Of a DNA stretch of 34,615 nucleotides, positions 1-12,841 are shown piece by piece. The notes beneath the pieces were generated by a model. The model made no database searches. It was not told the origin of the DNA and saw nothing but the letters and a program-made list of their open reading frames with translations. The stretch is from assembly GCA_038496445.1 (NCBI GenBank), contig JALMLS010000012.1, positions 1 to 34,615 of the forward strand. Reading direction: 5' to 3'. Source of the stretch: Trichosphaerium sp. ATCC 40318. Lineage: Eukaryota; Protista; Tubulinea. Position 1 is the first letter of the stretch. The number at the start of each line of letters is the position of its first letter. Both the position numbers and the translations under genes were made by a program.

Positions 1-1729
1 TAGTTTCTGCCGCTTACGGAGCACCCCTTAAAGGCAATTACCACATGTATACGCACCTGCATTACCAAGAAGTCTGACAAAATGACCATCAGGATACTTT
101 GAGGTTCTAGACCAACTATCAATACTGACAACAATCCGTTTATCTAGAACGTAACCAATTAGCTTATAACAAAGGCTCGTTTTCTTTTCAAAAAACGTAC
201 TTTCTAATTTAGCCCTTGATTAGTAGTTATGCGCACTAATGGTACAGTCTGATCCGTGGACATGAATAAGAATTTTTTCTTATCTTTTGTAGTCGTGTCT
301 CTGATCAAGGAGCCACAAAATCTGGTATGTCAAGGAAATAAAAAAAAAGAAACAAAAAATGTCACCTCCTGCATAGGTGCGCAAGTAATTATATTCTCTG
401 TAATCAAAGGATACGCTCCCCACTTTCTTCTTATTATACCAACAACTCTAGCACTCGCAACTTTCTCTAATTCCCCTTGAATCTCATCATCTTCATAATC
501 ATATATTTCAGCTCTTTTAATAATTTTTTGAGATTTAGATTTCCACTCTTCATTAGGCAATAATTGTACGGCAACAATATCACCATTAGTAGCTCTAAAC
601 ACAACATATATCAGCACACCAAGAATCCAAAAAAAAAAGAAACAGATGACCCCAGAGAAAGAAACAAAAACCAAAAGAGAAAAACGCACCTGTTGATATC
701 CTTTAGACCACAAACTAGAACCTCCCTGTTATCTACATATACACTACCTTGCATAGCATTATCATGAGATAAACGAAAACCACCCTGTCTGTATTTTCCA
801 CTCATTAATCCATCCTTGATCTCAACAGGGTTGGCATGCTGCGAGTGAAAGTCAAAACAACACATTACCAACTAGCTCTGTTCTTACCTTTGGAAATACA
901 ATCTCAGCGTTGTCCATATCAACATCTAACTCATCGGTTACTCTAGGCCTTACAACAATATCCATTATTTCAGGATCATTGAGGTCCTGAGCGTACTCCC
1001 AAACTAATATGCGTTAGTGTTGTCCAACAAATGTCACACGCATTAAATACGCGTCCAACGAATGTTTCATAAGCTCTCATAGCGTATAAACGCCGATATA
1101 CAAATACGTACTTGTTTTTGCGTTTAATCCTGCCTCTACAGCTCGGGCTTTGTTGGCTTTGTCATTTGTTAACAGAATGACGTCGATAGAAGGCAAATGC
1201 GAAGTGTACCACTGAGTGGCAGTTCGTATGGCTCTATCATTTCTGTCATTTGGCGATTCGCCACGCAGTGGATCGACATACGTTCCCCTAGGGTAGTTTT
1301 AATGGCTACTGGGATTTTTTGAGAAAATGCAAATATTATTCTCTTTTTCCGTTGCGTTTGTATTTTTTTAGCGTAGAGAGGGTCGTACTTGTGGTGTTCG
1401 TTGGAAAATACATAGAATCTTTGTTTATTTGCAATTAATTCGCGTAACCGCTCTTTAGTATGTCGTGACTGATGTCCCACCTCCTCGATGACAGTTTGAA
1501 GTATTATTACGTTTTCAATCTTTGGGTGTTCAATAAAATCGATTTGGTGTAGCACTACATTGGTGTCCAGTATCAAATAAGGACCAGAATCGCCTAATTT
1601 CCCACCACCGTAGCATTTTTTACAAATTGGAGAACCACACCATATATCTTCACGTAAGTAGTGCTCTTTTATTGTTCGTATGATTTTCTTCCTTCTGGTC
1701 ACACGAGTGACGGCCTTACGGCGCAACAT
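1..1729 (-). CDS. DIS3: Exosome catalytic subunit DIS3/RRP44, 5' part (CR3, PIN, cold-shock domains); multi-exon, continues beyond the left edge
   Basis: ATG at 1729. [19 protein letters not shown] (CR3) and PIN motifs [13 protein letters not shown] and [12 protein letters not shown]. Spliced exons give [34 protein letters not shown] and [28 protein letters not shown] introns. One apparent -1 frameshift at the CCC run 213-215. Confidence 0.95.
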
Positions 1730-1947
1730 ACGAAAAAAAAAACAAAAAACAAAGAACACGACAACACTTGACTAAAAAATGTCACTCTACAAAAATGCTT
1801 AAAATTACCGTAATCCATTGTCCACAAGTTTTTTTATTAATTTACAAACTTTTTTTGTTTTTCTCAGTGCGATGACAGCGAGTTTACTTTTTTTTTTTTT
1901 GCAAAAACGGAATGTCACTCCACGCGAAAACGTACATGAAAAAACTC

Positions 1948-2013
1948 CACGTGATACCTAATAAGTCATAGAACACCCAAAATTACTTCATACATAATAT
2001 CAATTATCACGTG
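1948..2013. promoter_or_regulatory. Paired CACGTG (E-box/G-box) motifs upstream of DIS3, representative of a window-wide motif
   Basis: CCACGTGA at 1947 and TCACGTGA at 2007, ~220-280 bp upstream of the DIS3 ATG. Similar motifs precede ATGs at 17826, 19025, 25305/25357 and 32098. Confidence 0.4.
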
Positions 2014-2068
2014 ACTTTGACAAGCCACAAATTTTTTTCCATATTTTCCTTTCGGTTTTTCAAGTTAT

Positions 2069-2893
2069 TCATGATTTATTCGTAGGCCTCTCAAGTAATA
2101 AACCAAACTTTTTGATACTATCCCAATCAAGATCTCTTATTTTATATCCTTTATGTATCATAGGCTTAATCTTTGTCCTGAACCACATCTCCTCAGGAGC
2201 GCATCTCTCCATTTCTAAAAATTCTTGAACTGTAAATTTTTGCTCTACAGGGTCTGCGTAAGGAACCAAAACACACTCTTTTGGTGGTTCTGAATCAGAA
2301 AGGGAATTTGTTAGTTTTGGAGGTTTAATCTTTCTTAGAGAAGCAGCTAAGAACGTCTGCAAGTCAACCAGTTGATAATACTCCGCCTCAATGATTAAAG
2401 ATTGAATTTCTCTTAAAGATAAATCAGGCAGTGTCTTATTTCTTAGCCAGTTAAGGATATGATGAAAATATGTAGGATCACGGTCTATAAAGACACTATT
2501 TGTTGAAGTATCCTTTTCAAGCTTAAATCGACCTACATGCAATGTTTAGAGAGTTATTGTAGCGCGTGACGGCTGAAAAGTGTCGTTTTGTGTTGAAATA
2601 AATAGTTCGGAGTAAAACTGTTGTTTACACACCAGAAAACATGGCGCTGAGCATGCTATTTGATACAGCCTTTAACGTGGTTGATGTAGTAGTAAATAAT
2701 TGACCTCCAACGTCTAAAAAGGTACTTTAGTATTACGAGCGTGCTGTCGGTAAAAATTACAAGCGTTATGGGAAGGGTAAAAAAGAATTGATGCATTTTT
2801 AGTTTTAGTTTTGTTTGTACTTAGTTTCACGATAGTTGACTGATTCTTCGATGTATATTTACTCTTGTGCTTGTGGTTGTCGTTTATTGACAT
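2069..2893 (-). CDS. KCTD-type BTB/POZ (T1) domain protein, 3 exons
   Basis: Spliced: MSIND...IVKLN|VGGQLFTTTSTTLKAVSNSMLSAMFSG|RFKLEKD...VFIDRDPTYFHHILNWLR...EAEYYQL, the canonical KCTD BTB signature. TGA at 2069-2071. Confidence 0.92.
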
Positions 2894-3331
2894 TTTATTT
2901 AAACGACGCTACCAAAAAACGTAGGAGCTGCTTAAAACGGTTGAACCTGAGTTTGAGAACACTGAGATCTATTGTATTACTGTGTTTTGTATTTTAAGCA
3001 GAATTAAGTATTGACTGACAAATTCGCCAAAAAAACTTAACAAACGGATTTAGTCAAAAGGATCTAAGCGGCCTTATCTACGCCCTGCAAGTCAACGCCA
3101 GACAATAAACAATAGTCAAAAGGTCACTCCCTTGTATTCTTATCAACATGTTTCGCACGTTTCATTGTTTGATAGAGTTGACAAAGTAGTATAGGCACGT
3201 CTAGGCGTTTTTTTCTGAATAAAAAAAAACAAATCGTTTGTTGCAGCTACGCCAAAAAGGATTTATTTTAGCAAACAAAGTATATGTGTACAATCGGGAC
3301 AACTCGTAATTCATTTTCTGACTCGAATATT

Positions 3332-4699
3332 TTAAAATCCTCCATAGTTACGACCACCATGCTTTTGACGCGATTTACGGCCACCCCTTTTAAAAACAGA
3401 GTATTAGAATAAAAAGAAAAAATAAACAAAAAAAAAAAGTGCTCACTTTCTTCCTTTTCTGCTCTTTAGATTGCCCATCATCATATCGTCATAACCAGGT
3501 GCGTCACCCATGCCATCATCCATAACAGCCTATTACGGTTAGAACCTCTAAGTTGTAGAATACTAAAACGTCGGACTAGCGAGTAGTTTTCAAATTTTTT
3601 GTAAAATGACCTACTTTGATATTCTTTTTAATTTCTGAAATACGCTCTTCGTAAGCAGCAGCGGCTTTTTTAGCACGCTCTTGTTCTGTTATGCCCCAGT
3701 GGACCTTTGCTTTAATGTCTTTCATCAAAGATTCGGAGTTGGTTACCCTAGAGAAGTTGGTATAAGCGCATATGTAACCGCTTTAAAAATGAGTTCTTAC
3801 CAAGTTTCCAATTTTGAAAGAAGAGCACCAATCTCTTCTGGACGTACATCACGTGCTAATTAAGGTATCAGTGACGTTCCAAGAGTAAAACAAAGGCAAA
3901 GAAAGAAATGAAAATGGTTTTTCTCGCGTACAAATGACAGTTTCTACTTGTAACTGAGAGTGCTCTTGATCTAATTTTGCTACCAACACACCCTAAACAA
4001 ACGTCAAAAGAAGAGCAAAAAAAAAAAGGTAATTGTTTGAACTACAAACCTGGTAAATGGACTCAATAATCAAATCTTCTAAGTCACGAAGATTGGGAAT
4101 AGCGAGTTCTTTTAATAACATCGTATAAGCGAGTGTCTGTACAAAGCGTTAAAATTGCGACCCGTTATTGCTACAAAAGTATTGCTGCGTAAATATGTCG
4201 CGGTACAACGTACTCTGTTTGTTGAGGCTAGACCAGCGATGGTAAGTTGTCTAAGCTTTAGTAATTGCGCTTCAGTAAGCTTTGGTAGGTCGTCGCGTTC
4301 TGTAGAGAGTGTTGGTGTTCGTTGAATACAACAAGAAGAAAATAAAAGTTAAATAGACAGTTAATCACTGTAAGCCAGCGATCATCAACTACGTACTTGT
4401 GTAATCGCTGTAGAGTCCGTAGGCAAAAATTTCTAACAGCTCATGGTAGAGCTTAGGCTCACCTGTGGCAGTTTTCATCTGTATTTTAAAGATCAGAGAA
4501 GTGTCTTGGTTGTGTTGTCGCGTACGGCCTTTATGTTATCCATTGCAAGCAACTCACCGAATACAAAAAGATTTGGTGCGCTCAGAGCCTGTTTAATGAC
4601 TTGTTGAAGCGCTGAAGCGGATTTTGTGGACTTGGCCATAATAACGAACGGTTGGACATGTTGACCGCTTGAGAGCTCTTTAATACTTACAGCTGCCAT
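3332..4699 (-). CDS. CSN7: COP9 signalosome subunit 7 (PCI domain), multi-exon
   Basis: ATG at 4699. ALQQVIKQALSAPNLFVFGELL, then exons ELLEIFAYGLYSDY, LPKLTEAQLLKLRQLTI, LKELAIPNLRDLEDLIIESIY and RDVRPEEIGALLSKLETW. Last exon ends GGRNYGGF* (TAA 3332-3334). Confidence 0.9.
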
Positions 4700-4923
4700 G
4701 TTGCGTATACTCAAATTTTACTGGACGACTGAATAACACAAATACAACAAAAGTCTTTGAAATTAAACAAAATGGATTTGCTGAAAAACTAGTCTCAGTC
4801 AACTAATCTGTTGAGCCGATCGCATGGCGAGTGACTGGTTTATTTTTAGTGGTACAAATTAACCACATTGATCAGACAAAAAAAATAAAGACCTTATCTT
4901 TGTCTTTATGTATTATACATTCC

Positions 4924-5902
4924 CTAAGTGCGTGGAGGCTGTGGTGGGATTGGTGGTAGTGTACGTTTCTCATTTAGTGGTAAAACAGGCAAGCTTTGAT
5001 CACCTTTAATAACTGTTAGTCATTGTAATGGAAAAATTCAAGTAGTACGTCTTGGTTCTAAATGACCTGTAACTGACACTTCTTCATCAATAGATGAATC
5101 GTTGTGATCGCCTTCAGTATCGCTCAGAAGATGTTCTATCGTCATAGGTGGATCATCTTGAAGTATTTGTTAGCGATAATGTGATGGAAAGAACATAACA
5201 GAAAAAAAGCACAAATTGACATACATGACTCTCGTCGTTCTGTAGAGTGCTCTGGAGACTCAACGACATCTATGTCGTTATTATATTGCCTCATTTCGTT
5301 TGCTGACAGGCCAAGATCAGTAGGATCATTAGGCGGTGATGTGACGTATGATTTTTGAGTGGCGACAGGCATTTGTAGTTGTGATGTTGTTTCATCTTCA
5401 AATTTCATTTCTGTTTGTTCTTCGTGGTCATTAAAACCACTCTGCCCAGGCGATCTAGGTCCAGACGCATCTGTAGTTACGGGTAGTGTTGTTTGTGGTG
5501 GGCCTGTGTCCCTTTTACCCATGAGTTTGTCCATGGCGTTCTGTAGAGCATCTTGTATTCCTAATGGCGTATTAATAAACAATTGCCTTTTACATCTAAT
5601 CAACACGTTTTGTTTTTATCTTCGAACACAGTGGAAATATTGGTTATTAGAGTGAGAATGAGTAATGTACCTGCGCACATAGCCAACATCAGTACAATAC
5701 CGAATGCAAGACATGTAAGTACGATAATAAACGGCATTACGTTGTACTGTTTATCTATGCGGTTTTAGTACGCTATTATTGTTAATATGTTTGTACCTTC
5801 AATAATTGTGGCACTATACGCTCTACTTTGTCGACGTATTGGCGTAGATAATACACCTACTATAAACAATATAATACATAATACAATAACTGTGTTACTC
5901 AT
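4924..5902 (-). CDS. Hypothetical single-pass membrane protein: signal peptide, very short ectodomain, acidic/Pro-rich cytoplasmic tail
   Basis: Exon 1 MSNTVIVLCIILFIVGVLS (signal-like). Exon 2 PFIIVLTCLAFGIVLMLAMCA (TM). Tail includes part of ORF 5142-5606 and ends RTLPPIPPQPPRT* (PxxP motifs). GT-AG introns. Confidence 0.65.
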
Positions 5903-6299
5903 TTTCAGCGCCCTAATAGGTGTTACACCGTAATTATTGACCTCATAGAGCGAATGGGGTCCTGATTGGGCTTATACAACGCAACAGTGCAAATGCGGAA
6001 AGGAGGTTCGAAACAAGCCAGTGTGTTACTACGTAAAGGGAAATACGCACCTGCCTTACTGATTTGAGTACTTTTCTGAAATTATACTTGTTGTGACACA
6101 ATGAAAATCATTGACTCTGTTTCTCTGCCCGGGCAATAAAAATGTCAAAGTTGAATCAACTCTAGAAAACTGACTCATGGAACTTTGCTTCTGTGCAAAA
6201 ACTGATGCAACACGTGTTAGTAAAATCAAACACACGGAACACAAATGACAGAGAAGAACTTTGTTTGTCTTTGTAAGGTGCGTTTTATTCGAAGTTTTC

Positions 6300-8485
6300 T
6301 TAAAATTCTACGTCATTTACAAATCTTCGTATCATATCATAAGCACGGCGAGGCTGTAGCAATCCAATTAGCACTTTATGTTGTATTTCAAAAAGGGAGA
6401 CAAGGTTATCACGTACTTGATCTTGTGGTACCAAATGTCCAGCATCTCTTACAACAACTTGAGTGAACTTGTTTACATTGCGAGCAAAACCAGCAACCTG
6501 TTGAAAAGGAAAAAAATAAGAACACATGTGACAACCATGTTAAGTTTTGTAATTTTTTTGTTCGTTCTTACCTCAACGTCTTTAGTATCTACTTTCCATA
6601 TCTTCTTTTGCGCTTTAACATAAGCTGCTCTTCCACTCCAGTTGAGTTGTCTCAAAAAATTCTCACAAACTGGTGCTGACAGGATGATATCATTTTGGCC
6701 GTTGTAGATAAGAACTTTGTAGTTTTCAAGCAAAGGTACTAGATAATCAGTAACGCTAACCATCCAATCGTTTACCAAAAACTTTTCAACTATTCGAGGA
6801 GTTAGGCAATCGAATGAATAATAATTAACTTTTTTTTGAGTTTAACTGTAGACTTACCAGATGAGTTGTATGGCTGAAAGCCGTATGTGCCAACGTGAAG
6901 AGCATCTTTGTTCTCTTGTTTTTGAAGGAATTTATCATATGGATTTGGAGGGTAGATTGGAGAGCGGATGTTGAAGTAATCAGCAGTGCCAGTGATGTTT
7001 CTAAAACAAAAAATAAGAATTCATATTCCACATGAAGACTAAGCGCCTATGTTGTGCTATAGGCACTAATTCAAACAAATATGATTCTTTCGTTTAGTTT
7101 ACCTGAAATACGGTGGGTACGGGTAAAAATCTCCGTTAATCATTTCATCAAAGACAAGGAACGCTTTGTAGAATTCCTTTTGTTTGATATGTACTTCAAT
7201 CTGTGCTTCATATTCTTGAATCTTTACCATTTCGTTGTAGTCTGCAATACCAGCCCAGAAAGCGAGTGTACCGAGGCCCTATTTAAGATAAAGTTAAGTT
7301 CAAAACGTTTTTTGTGGATTTCTTGTAGAAAAAAGCAAAATAAAACGTTACCTGTGTTTGTGTCAAAGGATCCATCATACCATCACCAATAGAGATACCC
7401 TTAAGGTTGATACGTTTTTTGGCGCTTGGGTTTTTAATATGGATAGTATAACCTGTAGCTGGTATATATTTTCCAGCATAAGACTCTCCTAGTGAAGAAA
7501 AAAGAAATCAGTGAAAAAAAAACTAAACGGTTTATTTGATTGTCCTAAATTTTTGTTTCTCGTTCTTGAGAGTATGCCAAAGTTTCATTGGTTGCGTAGA
7601 TAGTAAAACCCGTACCTGTGATATAGAAATCATTTGATCTGTAGTCCTCAAAAACTTCGAAAAATTGGTAGAGAGCTTCGTACCTAAAAAATCACACAAA
7701 ATGTCAGTAAAAGGATTTAAACGTGTCACTACGAGGTCTGACGTACAAGTTTGCGCCTACTTCTGCTTCGTTTGTGACAAATCCACTATCACTTCCAGTG
7801 AAACTGAATCCTAATACAGTACGGGTTAGATACAGCCACAAAAACTGACATGTTTTTATATTCACGCATAAATGTAGCGAAAGGTTGTTTAAAATGATTT
7901 GTACCAACACCAACTGGGTTATCAATGTATACAACGTTAAATTGTTTAGTCCAGGAGTATGGTTTTCCTGTTAGAGTAGTTGCATCAGCTTCTACTCTAA
8001 ATGGACCATTTTCGTTAAATAGACCGTCCAATGATGTGTAACCTGGACCGCCCTAGCGTGAAGGTGAGAAAAACCTTTTTTGGTGTCTTTCAAATTTGGA
8101 AAACATTTAGGACATTTCTTTGGCCTAATCGTTCGTACGTTTAGCCATAACAATACTGGCTTGTCTTGAGCGTTTTCGCATTCACAAGGAAAGAACCAAA
8201 AGAACATGTTGCTATCCGTTGTTGAGTTCACTGTAAAGTACCCAGAGTAACTCTCAATGCCTCCAAGCGTTACTTTACTGTATGAACATAATTAGGCGTT
8301 TAATATCACAAATACGCATACCTGAGAGATCTAGCGGTCGCAGCGTCATTTGGGAGGTATTGTGTGAGGAATAGTGGCTCCGAGGCAGCTAATACCGCGC
8401 CTGTATGTGTTATATTCGCGTTTAGGTTGTATTACGTACTCAGGGCGCACAAGCTAAGGAGAAAGGCGATAAGATGCGTCGCCAT
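6300..8485 (-). CDS. Secreted serine carboxypeptidase, peptidase family S10 (CPVL-like), many exons
   Basis: Signal MATHLIAFLLSLCAL. ESYSGYFTVN, MFFWFFP, PVLLWLN|GGPG, VVYIDNPVG, catalytic Ser in GESYAGKYIP, VLIYNGQNDII (Asp) and VRDAGHLVPQDQ (His). TAA at 6300. Confidence 0.93.
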
Positions 8486-9330
8486 TCTTATTTAATCAGG
8501 ATAATATTCAATGCATGCCTTAATGCCATTATTGATAGTTTTAGCGCTGTAAACAGCCTTTATGGCTGTACTACATGTAATTACACTTTGTACTATAGTA
8601 CTTATTTGCTGTACAATGGTATGCCTTCACTCGTTCGTTAGACACAATATTCGCTGGTACAGAAACTCTTGGGTTAACCTTGGTATAGAATGTAAAAATA
8701 ATTCCATACAACTTATGGCAAAGTAAATCCTTTCTAGCTGGCGCCTAGTAAACTTATATTTATTACATTCTACAACGCACCATCTATGTTCGCTCAACGA
8801 ACTATTTACAGTGATATGAAAAGGGATTGCTGTTGCTGTGGCGGAGTCGAGGGTTTTTTGGGGAAACAAACGCCATTTAAAGCGTCGAGGTTTACAGATG
8901 TTGCTGTGATCACTGTACGATAGCCTATTATGCCTTTGAAGTGTTGTCTTTACAGGATTCTAACCAGAGTGATAAATCATGCCCATGCTAGTTGCCAGAG
9001 TCAATTCTAACAGCAGATTCTATTATTCGTTGTTGGTTTTCAAAACGTCTTCATTAGACACCAGGGCAAAGATAATACCCCTAACAAGGTCTGATGCAAC
9101 ACCCATTTGGTGGAGACTAAGTAAATTGACGGTTTAGATATGGTAGCCGGTATGTGGAGAATATTTTGAGAAAAAAAGAAAGAACTTTTGAGTTTTCTAC
9201 AACCAAAACACGTGGTTCGTTTTTACTTTTTTTTTGGATAAAATCTAACACGTGTTGGAAGGGCCTCTCAGAACCACACGATACAATGTTACTGCCAATC
9301 CTTTTATTGGATGATACAGTTTTTTGCAAG

Positions 9331-11561
9331 TTAAAAATATTTTCGCTTGTAAAATTTGGAGAACATTTCACTGGTGTACTTGCTCCCATAGTCGCCTCCA
9401 TCCACCTAATAGCGCATTATACAACATCCAGATGTTTTATATATTAAATACGTACCGAGGTACCATGTAATTGAGGGAAACGACCAACACCATCACTAGG
9501 ATCAGTATCTTTAATGCAGCCTAACAACAATAAAAAAACTCCAGAAGCTCCACGTGATTGACATTTGTACCTCCTTTCCCGTCAGGTCCAAAATGAATGC
9601 CATCAGGTTCTATGTACTTGCATGAATAAAAACCTTGTTCTAGATAAGCGACCGAGAGAAACAACTAATAATACTGACCGCCTTCGCTACCACATGCTTT
9701 TGTATAATTCGCACTTGAACAAGGATTTCCATTACAACTACCCAGCAATGGTGCACAATCATCTAACGCCATTAGTTTACTTACAATTAGTGTTGCTAAT
9801 TATACATGCCTGGTTGAGCCCAAGCGCCATGGTATACCCACCTCTCCACGTAAGAAGAGTAAGCGGGATAGTTCCAAGTAGTTTCAATATCAGAAATTAA
9901 ATTCATAATCAGGGCTGCAGCTTTCCATGGCTTTTAAAAAAAATAAGTATTCCTTCAATAAGATAACTTAATATGTACTTGTGAGTTACAACAGAATTGA
10001 TAAAAAGAAGTTGGATATGCACCACCATCAATTAGTCTGTAAGGGTCAGCGCAAATCCTACTAAAAGATGAGCTACATGAAGCGTGATTTGTACTACTGA
10101 GCCCATGTTCATCAACGTGCCTGTTACCGTCTCCTGTTACTGAAACCTTCCAATACTCTTCCTCTGAACAACCTACTTCCAATCCCCATAAGCCTACTTG
10201 ATTATTTGCAGTACCAAAGTAACACTCCTGGACTCCCAGTTAGCGTGTACGCAAACCAGCAACAAAACATACTGCATCTTCTTGAAATACGTTTAACTTC
10301 TGTCCGACATTGCTTGATATTAAGGACTTCAATTCTGTATCATGTAGGAGCCATGCTGTAATAGCCAGAGGAAGTTTCCTTCCTTCATCATGACCACCAT
10401 TAGCTGGCCACTGTGCAACAAAAAGTAAGGAAATAGAGATGTTCTTAAACAGCACCAACCTTCATTCCGTTTCTGAGCATTGAAGCAAAATCAATTCCAG
10501 CTTGCAGATACCTCACTACTCCACATAGACCAATAGATGACGATAAAACATCAGACTCCATTATGCGTATACCGGCTTGTCCAGTAGCAACAGCGATATC
10601 AGCGCCCTAGAAGGACATACAAGTAAGTAAGTGAAGACACATTCACATATAAACTACGAACGTATGCTGGCATGTTTTGGATAGGATGCATCTTACGCCC
10701 TTCGCTATTATTGTAAATTCATGAGAGTATTGTAAAAGTACATACAAGTTTGTCCTGTGATCCAACTGAACCTTCTCAAACTGGGTTGCAACATAAGATA
10801 AATCAAGAGGGTTTGAAATGCCAGAAGTATCAAGTTTAAGCAACAAACTGGCGTCAACAGATGTTGTACTGATTTGTTTCTTATCTTTACCAAAATAACC
10901 AGGTCTAAACGAAAGAGATCCATTGTTTGGCGGAATTGTCTTCACGACCGTTAACACTGCGAAAGAGTTTGTTTCATTTCATCACAGGTTTACTTAGTAC
11001 TAACCTGTTGCTACTTCAAGGCAAGGTCTGCACTCCCCTGGCGCTACACTCACTGTTTTTACAACGGATGAATCACCTACAGGTATATAGTACTTTAAAT
11101 CGTTCTTCAAACTTACCTTCAACTCTCAAAGGTAGCTTTGGCACAAGGGATGCGTTAAAAGTCGAAATACGACTATCAAATCCGTTCTGGAAGATTGAGC
11201 TTGGGTTTACTTCAAAACCATTTGCTGTCCCTGAAGAAAAAAAATTAATCACGTGTTACGAAAAGTTTTTTGAAAAAAAGCGAAATGACGTGCCAGTAAA
11301 GTCTGGGGTTATTTGAGTGATAGTGATAGGTCCAAGGACCCAGAAGTCGCCGTTTGCGTACTGGCCAACTGTGTAAACGGTGTCAAAGACAAAAGTCATA
11401 TTGTACTGCGTCACAGAGCGCAACCTTTGCGGTTGTGATAATCCCGGGCACTTTTATTATTAAAAGTTAGTACGACTAGTTAATTAATATGCATGGTGTA
11501 CTTGAAGGTTTACTGCTACACAAACTGCAACAAGAGTATAAAGCAAAAGAGTTGTTTTCAT
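9331..11561 (-). CDS. Secreted hypothetical protein resembling an uncharacterised bacterial family; about a dozen introns, three of them GC-AG
   Basis: Continuous spliced ORF: MKTTLLLYTLVAVCVA...VGQYANGDFWVLGPITIT...NGFEVNP...FRPGYFGKDK...YGADIA...YLQAGID...WPANGGHDEGRKLPL...DPYRLIDGG...YQFCC...VERWVYHGAWAQPDDCAP...GPDGKGGCIKDTDPSDGVGRFP...RKYF* (TAA 9331-9333). The bacterial resemblance is from recall, not a search. Confidence 0.8.
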
Positions 11562-11974
11562 TGGAACTTTCTTGTCAAAAAACAATATCTCTATGCGCTG
11601 AATAGCTAAAAGAGGATTTCCGATACTCCGAATAGTGTTAAACAACTTTAAACACACTGTAGAAACGCTACCTGCAAGTACAGCTCATAATGTTGAGAAT
11701 AAAAAAAACGGTTTGTGGTTCACACGTGTTTCATATTTTACAAGGTCTAAGTGCTTCAAACATGAACTTCTTGTAGAGGTAGGGTTTTTATGGCCTCTAA
11801 AGTGCAGTTGAACGAAGGTACGGAACCGAAAAACGCTAAATAATGAAAGATGTCTTCAATGGGTTTATACTCCTTCGGAATAGTACCACACTCATGTTTA
11901 CGCGTAAAATAAGATGCCAATCTACTTTAAGCTTCCCAATTAGCTCGTCTAATGTAAATTGTTGATAGATCCTA

Positions 11975-12830
11975 ATGAATGGCCTCGTTAGCTGGCGTAA
12001 TCATAGCTGTGCTTGGGATGCTGTATACACAGGTTTACAGTCTGTTGGTGATAACGTACATTTTTTGAAGCTGCAAGTGGATTTACACGTGCTAGGTGTT
12101 TCCTACTCTTTCAGTGCTTTTGAGAGATCCAAGCACAGAAAATAAAGAATTATTCATTAAACAGTTTTTGGCTGATCTCTATGAACGTTTTCCGAAGGAG
12201 AAAAAGAAGATTGAAGCGGCATATATCAAACAACGTTCTGGCATATATTCAACACTATTCAATGTTGATGCTGTTCATGAGTTTGTGCAACAACAATGTC
12301 TTGCTTTTCATGCGACCTATGAGTATGATGTACAATGCAACTGTGAAGGTATTGTGCCCATATTTATAGCTATAACATCGCATAGAATACCAAACAAAAC
12401 CTGTGTTTGTTTTTGCACCTAGAAGCGTCCAACACAATTTTGAAGAATGGGTAAACAAGAAAATTGGCAGAGCTTCAAACTGCAAAACATGTCGCTATGG
12501 TGGTTCCAAAGAAATCAAGGCATACAATATCTCAACATTACAGTGCTTACACAATTATAGGCTATTACTTTGCCGTTGTTACTTACAGTACTGCCAAAGA
12601 ATGATTTCAATAACATTCCAGAGTTGTTTATGCATAACAAACAGTACTAACATAATTATGGTTTCATTTAACTTTACATAGTGAGTGGAAAGCACAGTAC
12701 ATAATTATGTGGCAGCCAAATCCAAAACATTTTACATGTTACGTCAGCACCAACAGCGGTTGGTGGTTTGTGGATAACATGAAAAACCCAACTATTGGTG
12801 TTAAATCAAACCCATGTTTGTTTTTTTTGA
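11975..12830 (+). CDS. USP-fold (C19/USPL1-like) cysteine peptidase, intron-containing, possibly disrupted
   Basis: Cys box GLVSWRNHSCAWDAV (11981-12025) spliced in frame to ORF 12096. Finger Cys pairs CNC and CKTC. His box PKHFTCYVSTNSGWWFVDNM (~12722-12781). One junction near 12350-12420 cannot be put in frame by eye. Confidence 0.65.
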
Positions 12831-12841
12831 CAAATTAATAG

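Noticed and set aside
8627-9401. ORFs 8627-8869, 9117-9401 and 9154-9447 as genes
   Set aside because: No recognisable domain or consistent splice model; the latter two overlap the last exon and 3' region of the 9331-11561 gene in other frames.
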